A stretch of 64,000 nucleotides of DNA from Ylistrum balloti. Its lineage: Eukaryota. The stretch lies in the NCBI RefSeq assembly GCF_031769215.1, contig NW_026781974.1:62001-126000 (forward strand), written 5' to 3'. Positions 38,501 through 51,300 of this stretch are shown one piece after another. Positions within the stretch are counted from its first letter, which is position 1, and the number at the start of each line of letters is the position of its first letter. The notes beneath the pieces are model-generated. The model searched no databases. It had not been told where the DNA came from and saw only the letters and a list, made by a program, of their open reading frames with translations. The translations under genes and the position numbers were made by a program.

Positions 38501-39567
38501 TTATGTTAAACTTGATCTTTTTTCCGTTTATCATACTGGCATAGGGGTGCAACGGTATACCGCCGAACGGTATATCCCGGTAAAATGCCCAAGGTCCGGT
38601 TCACCGTCTTTGTGTTTTTCTGGATCTCCCGGAACGCGTCCGTGTTTAGTATCGTCTTAAATCCAAGATGACAGCTTCTATACAATAACCGGTGATTGAG
38701 CTTAAGTTTTATATAAAAAAAATGGAATCATTGTGATTTCCGCATACACGAAAAAGATGATATGAAAGCATCTGAGATGGAAACAACAACATGTTACCTC
38801 TGCTATGCAGTTATTTCCTACAAAACGGGAAATACATTCAATATGGCAACCACATGAAGCGGCATGAAGACGTATCAAGTTATGTATAGAAAGCAAACTC
38901 AGGCATCCTACTAGCACATCTGGTGTCACTGCTAAAGGTCTGCTAAGTTTGCATGAGATGAGGAAAGTGAGAATGCCATTTTCCTCGCAACGAGCGATGG
39001 GACGATACGTGGCCGTATTCTATAGTCGAACCAGAAGGATTCAGAAACACGATTAGTTGTCATGAAGCAAAGCATCAGCTTCTTGTCAGGACATATTTTT
39101 CTTAGCAAGAATGTCGTTTTTGTCCCCAGACCTTGTGAATAAACTGATGTTTCTAAAGCATAAAATGAGATGTGAATTACCGTTAAGTAACTCAAACACA
39201 GAGATTTTATTTACAAAGTATCGTGATAGGCATCGTATCGTGAGTGTAGCGTATCATTACACCACTAAACTGACCAATTCAAATTGTGATGCATTTATTC
39301 TCACAGTATCTCCACAGTAATAAAGCTGTGCCATAATTCTGTATACCAGACATACCACAGTTTTTTAAGGGATTGGACGAATTCGGAACAAAATGATCCT
39401 GCAATCATCGTGATAACAATTTTTTTAATAAATGAAGAGTGACTGTCTTATCTAACTCTTTGATTCGTGTTTTTTATTTATGAAACAGAACACATATTTT
39501 TAATGTTTTGGCGTAATAAACCATTTTTTATTTTTTCAGTATTGAGGAAACACAGATTTTCGGATAG
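35551..39567 (+). CDS. Secreted C-type lectin 2 (perlucin-like), 157 aa, 5 coding exons
   Basis: join(35551..35602,36494..36582,36883..36973,37412..37625,39540..39567); exon sizes 52/89/91/214 match lectin 1. Signal MLKYGIVCLLLIFGIVS, EPD motif, ends ETQIFG*. AATAAA at 39651. Confidence 0.88.
38542..39267 (+). mobile_element. Internally deleted non-autonomous hAT (ZBED1/Ac-like) element in lectin 2 intron 4
   Basis: Degenerate TIRs TAGGGGTGCAACGGTA and TATCATTACACCACTA. BED-finger remnant CYLCYAVISYKTGNTFNM..HMKRH; then PYSIVEPEGFRN..RTYF joined directly to the C-terminal MSFLSPDLVNKLMFLKH. The 8-bp flanks TACTGGCA and AACTGACC match at 5 of 8. Confidence 0.75.
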
Positions 39568-41559
39568 AACAATGAAGAAATACTACTTAAATGAAACAGG
39601 ACTATACCTTATGTTTGTTTTGTCGTTGTGATATTAAAACGGTCAGGGACAATAAAGTTGACTTTGTTCTATATTGCCGTCTCCGGTAAAGAAATCTAGG
39701 TTCAAACTACACACACAAACAAAAAGGACATTTTGTCAACATTTCATCTTACATCGCTTTATTGCACTATTTACCCACAAAATGTGTTTGCAAGTACTCT
39801 TGATTGATATGGGTTTATTAACATCAAAACAGGCAAGGTCGCATTTAGCTCGGAGAGTCCCCAAAGTAAGCCCGTAATTTTAGATATCTTCCTTCAAATA
39901 TTGTGTAACAATTGAATGTAGTTGCACCTAAGGAGAGCCGTATAATGAAATGAACGACACTATACAGTTGTCTTGTCCCTCTAGAACCCGCTATTGATGC
40001 CGAGGACCTCAATTGTGAAATATAGAAGGAGAAAAAAAATTAATACTGAATGAAATAAAATATATGTCCATGTGTATATTGTAAACAGTGCCACAATTCA
40101 CATGAATTGAAATGTTGCAGGCAAGTTACAATAAACTCGGGGACTTGATTCAAACATTTTCGAATAAACTCCACAGCGTAAATTTGACAATTGTTGCATT
40201 TGATTCCCTTTAGTATGGCAGATTAATAAGGGACATTATGTTTGATTTTGTGTATCCTTCTGAAATTAGATGATGAATTTCGTCCAGTGTTATAACTTCA
40301 TATTATCTTCACTCCAGTAGATGCATACAACAAAATCTGACATCTGAAAATTTTCCAATGAAGCAGCCCCTCATTTTCATTATTTCAACAATCTAAAGTT
40401 GTTTCGTGTCGAGATGTAGGGCGATATATATATATAAATGCTTTAAATATCATTCTGTGTGGATTATTGGTCTAAACTATTGTTTATATGGATTTTTTGT
40501 GTACATACCTCAATTCTTATAAGTGGCAACGATAATTGTTAATGGTTTCTAAAACAACGGACATTGTTGAAAGACTCTGACGATTTGGAGAATCATTGAA
40601 ATTTGCTACAGGTTTATTCAATTGGAGATTCGGACTTATTTTTCTCTTAACCTGAAAAGGTAAATCCACGCTTTTTCCCTTTGTGAGACTTCCTAGATTC
40701 ACCCTCGCGTTGCTTCAAGCTACACGTGCTCTTTGCACGTTCAGAAAACAATAAAAAAAGACGTCACTGACGTGACCCCGAAGTGGAACTACTTTTATGA
40801 GGTCATACACATACACTTCTTCTTCTGCTACTGAAATCTTGCGTTGTCCTCAAAACTGAAATTTCTGTATTATCATCAAGATAGAAACTCACCTTAATTT
40901 AAAACGTATAACTAAAATTTGTATTAATTATAAAGTATTATATTATTTTGTTGGTATGTACACTAGAACTATATATTTGTAAGATTCACTTACAATGCCT
41001 GAAGAGTGCCGTGTCACTTTTCGTACGTGTTATCCACGCATTTTTGTTTACACACAATACACTACGGCTTGCATTCGAACAAGGAAAACAGGTTGAGAGA
41101 AAAATAAGCATTCGCACCCTTAAGAGTCATATAGGGCATCACAACCCTCGAGGGAAGATTATTAAAGTGTTAAACCCTCGGCAAATCCCTTGTTTGACAA
41201 CGTAATAATCTTCCTCCTCAGACTGAGATATTCCTATCTCAACCTAAATGAAGTGAATGATTCTATTAATCTTCTTTTTCCAGTAACATGTGACATTTAA
41301 CTTTATTTAGCCAGAGCAAAATATCATATTGTTTATGATTCAGCGGATTTTTTTATTTGACATATGTCCCCAAATTCTGACATCATCGACAAACTCGTTT
41401 GTCAGCTGTAGTTATAAAAGAGCATGTTGAATAGAAACAACGTTTTATTATTCAGGAGTATATCAGTGATTCAATCATGCAAATTATCCACTTAACAAGC
41501 AAGGCAAATCACCAACCTTTTGGGATATATGATATTGAATTCCTCTCTCTTTAAACACT

Positions 41560-41891
41560 ACCGAAAATACCGAAAAACACACAGAAAACATCAAGAAAAT
41601 ACCGAAAAACACAGAAAACATCAAGAAAATACCGAAAAACACACAGAAAACATCAAGAAAATACCGAAAAACACACAGAAAACATCAAGAAAATACCGAA
41701 AAACACAGAAAACATCAAGAAAATACCAACATGGCAACATAATCATAATTCAAACTCAAATTCCATAAAACTAGGGCAAAATATGAACAAAAGATAGATA
41801 TACACGGAGATTCCTGAAAAAATACAAAAGGAACAAGACAAGATGATCCGGAAGAGTAAGCATCTTCTGCTTCATCGACGACACCCGCCAT
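41560..41891 (-). repeat. Dispersed ~200-bp repeat family, copy C, with ~5 tandem 30-32-bp units at its 3' end
   Basis: Reverse complement of copies B and D (GGAAGAGTAAGCATCTTC at 41850-41867). Tandem ACCGAAAAACAC(AC)AGAAAACATCAAGAAAAT occupies 41560-41725. Confidence 0.85.
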
Positions 41892-42958
41892 GTAACAGAG
41901 TTATGCTTATTTGTGTAAGGTTTGACTTTAATATCCCACCTCTTAATGTTACTGCCATAAAACAGTTCAACGATGTTACACTATTATCTATGAATATCGT
42001 TATGAAGGGTTGCAGTTAATTGATATAGTTGGACTGCATCGACCAATATGTATACTCATGTACATATTTCATAAATTTTAACAATTTTACATCTATATTT
42101 GAAACATTATTGTTATAAACACAAAAAAAGTCCACCAGACAAAGTCTTACACGAGTGTTGCTTATCTGTTCACGGAACAGACCCAATACGACAGAGTGCT
42201 TTATTTGCTAGAGATGACCATTACCTAATTCACTAGAAAAATGTGCGTTTCCTGTCACTGTAAAACGTGTTATTGACATGAAACATAATCAAACATTTAA
42301 TTCTGGTCCTTACTTCTAATTTGGGACCCTCTGATGGCGTTATCCATGTGATGTGTGAATTCAATTTAACTGAACTGAACGTTAAATTAACAAGTTCTTC
42401 TCTAATAAGCACCCAATTGCATGTGTCGTAGCATATGATCAGACCCAATCACATTCCTCACATAAGGGAAAGGTCATCTTAAACGGAATACGAGAGCGGT
42501 GAACGCAAAAATTAGGAAGCGACAAAAAATGGAAGAAAACGATATAGATATAAAAATCATCACCGTTCATTATTATAATGTAATGGGGGGAGAGGGAATG
42601 ACTCTAACGACCTGTATGTATCTAGATTTAAGGAGGTAGAGTAAGTAAGAACTGTATAATGTATTAATGGCCAAATAAGGAAAGACGTATATAGTGTTGT
42701 TTCAAAACTAATTACACAATGAGTAGGGTAAAGTACGGATTTCTCAGAAGACATCTGATTTGAAATGTTCATGAGAAGAGAAAACAATAGTAATGTGTGT
42801 GCATATATATGCATCTGCATATATAAATCTTGACTGATTGTGCAGTTGCTTCAATAAATGTCTTTGATAAAATTTCTAACATATGTAGTATATGTAGTAC
42901 AGAGAATTAATTTTGGGCGGCTTAAGTAAGGGCTTCACTGAGTACGTACACGGGTCAC

Positions 42959-42970
42959 CTTATCTTATCT
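42959..42970 (-). promoter_or_regulatory. Tandem GATA-type motif upstream of lectin 3
   Basis: CTTATCTTATCT, 59 bp before the ATG and identical to 35424-35435. Confidence 0.35.
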
Positions 42971-43028
42971 CCCGTTAATGGCCATGCGAAGGACCCGTAT
43001 GTAACTGAATTGAGGTTTGCATAACACC

Positions 43029-46000
43029 ATGTATGCCCTAGTTAATGTTGCCTTGGTATGTTTAGCTGTCCAAGAGGGTACGTGTTGACGAACGCTTTAT
43101 ATTGATGGATTGGTTTGATTTTATCTATAGGGATATATTTTTCCAAACGCTATCTCCCGATATTTCTTTATAATGCTTACTTTCTGTAATATAAACATTC
43201 TGTACTATCACATATGCATTATAATAGACTTAATATTTCCTTATATCAACAATTATTTTGATAATAATCGTTAATAAAATGCACTTGCTTTAACCTTAAT
43301 GTAAGAAGACTTTTATTCGCAACCTTGGGTCGTTGGAAGTTTGGTATGATATACATTGTTGGACAGCATATTGTCAAATTGGTTTTGCCCATATTTGACG
43401 AAATCACTCATCACTGGTCATCTTTAACCAAATTTTGACCATTTTAGACATTATTGAACAGCAAAATAAAAAGGTATAGGCTAAGGGGGGTGGGGGGGGG
43501 GGGGGGGGGGGGGGGGGCGTTAACGAAATCATTATGATGAGACTTATTCTATTATATGTAGTATTTATTCTAACAATGTGATTTCCTGCTCTTTCGAGAT
43601 GACATTTCCTTGATTTAAATGTTTTTCGAAAAAAAAAAGTTTTCAACTATTAACGAACAATTTGTTTTACTATGTATACAAAAAAGAAGTACAATTTTAT
43701 GATGAGTTTGCATTATGCAAAGACGAAGCTAACCCTATAAGATATATTAAATTTATATATAAATGAAATAAAACGACAACGCAAAATTAGATGCCCAAAT
43801 TAGGAAATGTAATTCGTGTGTCACAAGATGATATAGATTGGAAACAAATATTTAACATTTTTACGGATTTTATTGAGATAATGGAAATCTTTGTATTTTT
43901 GTTGTCTCACTGTGCTGTTTTTAACTTCAGTGGTGACCGATTGTGCAGACGGCTTCATTAAATACGAGAGCTCATGCTACAGATTTTTTCATAACGTGTT
44001 TACGTGGCCGGAAGCCGCAGTAAGTCCGTCTGCCAAATTATAGATGTCAGTATAACTGCATAAACATGTAAAGATGTTTCCAACATAAGTCAACGTTACT
44101 ACATCTGGGCTCTACCAATCATTTTTATTAGTGGTATTTGCTTCTTTACTGCCTTTTTATTCGACATTCGATTGATCTAGCAAACTATTTTTATTATTGA
44201 TATAAACTGCCTGTCAAGCAGAAAATGTCAATTGCTCAACAAAATAATCAACAAAAATGTAGTAAAAGGATAAGAACATCAATCTCAGAAAACGATAAAA
44301 ATGGCAAGTTCAACGTATGATAAGGGATACATTTTTAACGTGGAAGGATTTAGTTGCAATAGCAGTTATTTCGATCGGTCTGAAATGCGACAGCACGTTT
44401 GGATTTCAGAATGGAGATATTTCGCTGAAAGGTGAATTGTCAATTATCCAGTGTTATTTCTAACTTTTGTAGGAGGTATATTTACAGTTTTCTGTCCTGG
44501 ACAATTTCGAGAAAGTAAAAACCCAGCCAAATAACATTTTCCTATCGTTTCCATTTTACTTTGAATAAAAAAATATCTTTAAAAGTCTCGCTGCTACAAA
44601 AAGTGCAGGCTTGACTATGGTGTTACTATTCCGTTGTTGTTGCTAATACTGCGGAACTTGACTGTGTCAGTTTCTCAAGTACAGTCCTGGAACATTGGTA
44701 CATTGTCGTATAGACATCTGAATCCACCAAGCATATGAAATATATATATGTTTTTGGTGTATTTTTGAGACAATATCAGGAAGGACTACACATTTTAAAG
44801 GCCTGCAGCCATATTGAAACAGGTATTGTAAATAGCATACAATGTTTTATCTGCCTATTGGAAGAATGATATTTTTTGGGGGAAATGTCACATTTGAACG
44901 AATTTCAAGAATTGAGGAATTTTTCAATTATATGTTTGACAGTGCATCATGAAACATGGGATGTTTGTGGTTTAGGGAGAGAAGGCATACATTCAAGCGT
45001 TGTAGGGTTTCGCTACACAATTACCATTCTAGCACACATGTTGCTGAAATATTATACACAGTTATCGGACATTGTTGAATCCATGAGATGTTAACGTATG
45101 GTATAAATGACTATAACAATACAAGTGTTTGTTTTTAAGTCATTTTGCAGTACATTCGACACACATTTGGTGTACTTGGAGACAGAAGCTGAATTCGGAT
45201 TTATCAAGGCAAGGGCTTCAGAATACGGAGGTACATCGCTGTCCGAATAACTATATAAACGTGACTGTAGCATGTTTGCTACTCATTTTCTTTAGACTAT
45301 TGTTTTACTGAAGTATGGAGTAAATTTAAAATTATTGTGTAAAGTGTGATGATACTGTGCCCATTGTTTGATATCATGATTCAGTAGATCTGCTGCCCTT
45401 GTCGAAACACCTGGAAAGTTTTGTCATTCTATCTTTCTGCTTTTTCTTTCTACAATTTGTTGAAATTTCGATTGACACATTTTGGCTTTCGAGAGGGTAT
45501 ATTACTAGACGATCAGCTTTAATTATGAATATAAATTGCATAGAAATAGAAAAAAACATTTTTATATTTACACTTTATATCTAATTAACCACTTTCCCCC
45601 ATTTTCTCAATAACTTGAAATGCTTGTTTGCGGTTCCATATCTATTAGGTTTGCTTTAGTCAGCATACGAATTGTTGCACGTCTCATAATATACATATGT
45701 ACTTGACGTTCTTCTAAAATTATCAGATGTATGAAATTTACTGAATTATGGGGCTAGTGCGCATACCCATCTAAATTTTGGTATTATTCTAATCGCTGGA
45801 TTTTCTTCAATCGAGTTTTAGATTTTAGGCCCTTAGAATCAATGACGAGTCACAAGGGCGAACAGCTGTATTATGCAGTTTACTTCTCTATTTGGCTTTA
45901 CTGTATCTTATCAATTTTTTTTAGCAAAATGTTCTCTGTATTTTTGTGTGTTTTAACAATTTTTAAATATCTTTAACTTCATTTGAAGACAGTGCCATTT

Positions 46001-47002
46001 GTTTTTGATCAGAACGAAAGAGCCCATCATCAGATAATGGCACCTTTTTCAAACGTTAAAGGTTTTTATTGCTGCAACATTTCCTTCACATCATGACACG
46101 TATACGTTTCCTATGTGAGGGGTTCTGGACGGGGGCAATAGAAGCAACATATATTTGAATATCTATGTCGTTCCTTCTAGAAGAGGAGTATTGAATAGCG
46201 GCAACAGATGCCTTCGAATAATGGAACTTTTTTTTTGTTCTAGGTGTAGGGTTCTGGACGGGGGCAACAGACGCCATCACCGAAAACGAGTGGATATTTA
46301 ATGAGACGGGTGAACGACTGACCTTAACAGCAGACTGGGCTCCAGGAGAACCAGACCATACCATGGGCAGGGATTGCTTAGGGATGTGGGGAAAATATAA
46401 CTACACATTATCCGCTTGGGACTGTCGACAACTTCTCAAGCCGATATGCGAGATAGAGCAAGTTATTTCCTAGCTAAGCTTTATAACCGCTATCTAATAA
46501 TGTATGTAAAAACACTAAGAAACAAATTAGGAAAAGGAGATATATCATTGTCAGCTCGCGAAGACAAACTATTTCACAAAGTCATTACATAGAATAAGTA
46601 TTGAAATCAAAACTTATATCAACATACATATCTTACTTATAATGATTGGCTGGAAAAAAGTTTTAAATTCTTGTGAACACTTACATAATCGAATTATAAG
46701 TAGGCTATTGAAAGTGTCAGCAGATAGTTCTCGTGTGTTTACGGACCTTTTACCTCCGTTTATTTTGAATAGTTACTAGATAGTACTACATTCAGAATTG
46801 TCAACCTGGAAAATGACATTTCAGTTAAAGATGAAACTTGATCGAGATTATATGACTTGAGCATGTAACTAAGCGCGATATCATTTTCTGTTAATATCTT
46901 TTAGAGTATGATAAACCTTTGATTAAAGAATGATAAATAAAAAATGATATTGATTTTCTTTTTTCCAGACCCTCTGAAAATGGAATTGACATTATTGGAT
47001 GA
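43029..47002 (+). CDS. Secreted C-type lectin 3 (perlucin-like), 158 aa, 5 coding exons, GC-AG last intron
   Basis: join(43029..43077,43931..44019,45140..45230,46244..46457,46969..47002); exon sizes 49/89/91/214/34. Signal MYALVNVALVCLAVQE, EPD motif, ends GIDIIG*. The donor at 46458 is GCAAGT. AATAAA at 47043. Confidence 0.87.
43485..43517 (+). repeat. Poly-G tract in lectin 3 intron 1
   Basis: G6-T-G26. Confidence 0.95.
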
Positions 47003-48355
47003 GGTAAACTAAACAAGTGCACGGCGTTTTGAAAATGAGCCGAATAAAATGTTTTATAGGGTTAGTCTTGTTCTCTTGTTCCGTAGATGTCATCCTATTG
47101 CTCAGAGTTAATGAGATCATTCAATCATTCACATTGGATTGTACTCTCAGTATTTGACCTGAAACAATCATACCGCTGATTCATTTGTGCATTCTGCAAT
47201 TAACAGCGGAACAAGTGATTGTAAAAGTTTTTTGATCAGCTGTTTGTTATGTATGCTGAAGCTGTTTACATAACGGTAGTGAGTCCAAATCGTAATTTTT
47301 TATCAATTTTTGCTAACTTCGGTTGATTATACCAAATGTGAATTAGCCATCAATGCTGGTAATGCTTAATCTTTCAAATCATAGTAAAGCATTTAACATT
47401 ATCTTATAGTCTGAGTATAACAATGAAGGCCAGTTGTAAATAAACAGTTGATATTCACATCATATAATCCTGTGCACGTTTGCTCCTCATACAATGACAG
47501 ATAATGTTATGGAATTCAATGAGTCCTATTCCATTCCTTTCCATAGTTGCGGTTCATGATATAGAAATGTATATGATCCCACTCTAAAACCATATACTCG
47601 TGTTAAAAGGTCCGTGTCATCGCCCTCTTAAAGAAAAAGTCAACAGGACATATCTCGAAGACGATTAGGAAAACATTTCTGTCTACTTAACAACAACGGA
47701 ACCACTATGTATACAAACGAGCATCAATGTGTGGTTAAAAACATCACTGAATATGTTTTATTGTACAAATTGCATGTTATATACTATCTGATATTACTGA
47801 TAAACTTGACCTGGTGATTATATAGCTGCACATCTAAACTACATGTTCTAGCAAATTGTTTTGTAACTTACTTGACGACTTTGAGTAAGGGTCGAGACCC
47901 GGTCATAGATAGGATAATTCTGTCAGATTCCATAATCACCTTTCTATTCTGTAAATGCGTCTTCCATTCTAACCACACTGCGCAGACGCTAGACGGGGAA
48001 ATTGAAACACTATCGATATATTCCCATTCGGGAGTTTCGGCAGTGTAACAAAGGCGTTCGCAATAAATCCACATGTGACTTGACGTTTGTGTGAGTATAA
48101 CATTTTTGAATGTTCTTATTACGGAAAGCCAGCTGTGTATATAGTGTTCTTTGTCATTTACAGTTGTAACCTGGACAAAATTTGATTAAATGATCCGAAT
48201 AAAAAGAATTCGTGAAAATAACTAGGTTTACATACTTAATGTTTGAAAAATAATCACAAAAACAATTCGTTAAAGAAGACTACTTCCTTCACAATTGTTG
48301 AGATCATATGTTGCGTATTGAGGAAAAGAAATCTTTATTTTTCTGGTAGAAAACA

Positions 48356-51300
48356 ATGTCAGCAACTAGTGCATACCTGGAAGGCCTCATTGACGAATGC
48401 GGCGGGTTTTCGAAATTTCAGCTGATTATATTTGCTGTTGTGCTGACAAGCCATTTCAGTGTAACATGGAGTACGCTGATGATGACATTTGCCGGAGCTG
48501 TTCCCGACTGGGATTGTATTTATGATGAGTCTCAGGGAACTTCGTCAAATCAGTCAGTTGCGACGAACACTACAATGGAAAGTGCAAAGTTCTTAAACCG
48601 TTCTTATCAACAATGTCAGCCACCGGAAAATGCTACTGCCAATGGGTGTATGGAATTTCGTTTCAGTGATGACATGAATACCGTTGTCAACGAGGTGAGT
48701 ACAACGATCCACACGAATTAACATACTAATAATTTAACGAGCTTGTTTTATGCATGTTTGTGTAACCATGAAAGCCTCCTGATAAGACATGTACATTCAA
48801 TATATATGACATAGTTTCGCAAGATAACATGTCTATTTTCAATGGCAATATTTATTGTTTTTGAATGATTTCTGTTTGGATATATTTTAATGATATATGA
48901 ATATATATCGTGCGAATATTTTGTGACGTTACGCAAAGTTCAGCCAATCAATATACAATATTTTTATGAAAAACAATGCCGTATGTGAAATGTATGGAGT
49001 CAAATACAGTGTAAAAGTTTTCCATCTATTGGGTTCATCAGAATATATTTATCTACATACATATATCTGCTACCATTATCAATATAGCGACACATAAAGC
49101 AGTCCATTACCCTACCCAAGCCTGCAATTATGATACAGAATGCTACAAATGATTTTTAATCATTTACTTTAAACAATTTTGAGATTCTTCATACATCATC
49201 GTCGCTATCCCAATTTTCTAACGTATACAATTGTTAGTGTTATTAGTTTATTAGATTTATGGTGTATTTTTGGATAAAAAATTACCATGAAAATTGACTA
49301 TTTTCTCAGTATAAAGAATAATATAACACACTATCATTATAGAACACAATTTGGTTATGTGTAATTGACATGAAATATATGATTTTTTCAAAGACTACGC
49401 TGTCATTACATTCACATAATCCTCCCGTTCTTTACAGTGGACATTGGTGTGTGACAAAGAAGGGATAACATCAACTATCACCATGATACAGATGGCTGGA
49501 CTACTGATCAGCGGAGTGACCTCTGGTCACTTGGCAGACATAATTGGCCGAAAACCTACCTACTTCTTATCTCTGATAATGATGGCTGTTTTCAACCTTT
49601 GTTCGGGATTTTCGGTGTCCTGGGAAATGTTTGCCATCTTGAGGTTGTGTCTAGGATTTGGTATAGGCTGTTATTTAACAGTGTTTTACAATTTTCTAAT
49701 AGAGTTCACTCCTGCAAGGAAACGAGCAGTTGTTTCAGCCATCCCGTCCTGGGCTCTCTGGGCATGCGTGTTTGGATTTGTGTCAATGTGGCTACATGAC
49801 TGGAAGTACCTCCACTTCGCTTCAGCTATATTAATAATACCATGGCTGCTATGTTGGTGGTTTGTATAGTTTGATATCTGTCACTTTGAACTGTTCACTT
49901 TTTGACACCTAAATATTCTTTATGAAATCGTACCTAAACTACTTGTGTTAATATGCGGTTTTAACTCCTTTTTCGGAAATCAGATAAGAAAGGTGCTTTG
50001 CGTATTTTGAGTGCCTCGGGAAGTACAAAAGAAATGTGCATGAATTCAATTTTATATGAGCGTACACCATACCACCTAAAAATAACGGCTCGCGAAGATA
50101 TGTAAACATTATTTTATTATTTCATATAGGTGTACATTATCTTCATGATGTGTTCATTTGTACCGTCAAGACTTACATACAAAGGCACTGACAATACAAA
50201 CATGTAATTTAAAAAGTAATAGTCCAATTTATGGTGAATCATTTACAATTTATATATATTGTTAGTGCAAGTCATGGCCATAATGTGTAAGAAATCATAT
50301 ATTATAGGAACGGTTACATGCATAACTGTCGGAAAGGTAACAGTCACGATATTAGTGGAAAGATTATTGTTGTATCAGAATTTATATGTATTACCCATAA
50401 CTTGATATGTTAACAACGGCACCTGTTTTTCCTTACCTATCTCATTCTATTCTTAACAGCCAATCAACAAAGAACATAAAAGTAAATGACAAACCCCCAC
50501 AAAGCAAAGATGTTTATGTTTCCTGTTTAAATTTTGTAGGATAATGCCCGAGAGCTTCCGGTACCTCGTTTTCCACAACAGGATACCAGAGGCCGAGGAA
50601 ACAATTCGTCGAATGGCACGTATAAATGGTCGCCCTGTTCCCGATCTGAAGAGATTACGCTTTTTGGCAGAGGAGGATATAAAGACAAAAGAAAAGACAC
50701 ACACAATAAAAGACTTGCTGATGGACCGTACCTTGTTGAAACGAACATGTCTCCTTGGAGTAGGATGGTGCTTATCATACTATTTATCGTTTGATTTAAC
50801 GCTTTTAATCAATTTGTTTGTTGAAAACCCCCACTTGATTATAAAGAATGTGTCTGTTGAAAGATATTTTTCAACAAAACAGTTATAGTTTACACATCCT
50901 CAATATATATATCCAAAATGTACCATAGTGTCATCGCACTCTAGCGAAATATACAAAAGTTACAACTTTGGCTAAACACATCGACAACCAAATAGAAAAA
51001 TAGTCAGCAGTGTTTATGTATTACCATAAAATGTCTCCAAGCAATAATCAAGGGTACATCTCAACGCAAAACCACACGCATATACCTCATATTCAACAGA
51101 CCCAAAAGTTGTACAACATCACACGCGATTGCGACAATAGCAAAGTGAAAGCACAAATTCTGTCTTAGTGTCAATAGTAAGTAATATTGTTCAGAATAGC
51201 TAAGAATGTACATCTAGACGTGTTCATTGAATCAGACGTTTCACGTAATTTTTTTGTTTTCTTCTGTAGGTTGTCCAGTGCATATGGTTATTACGCCATC

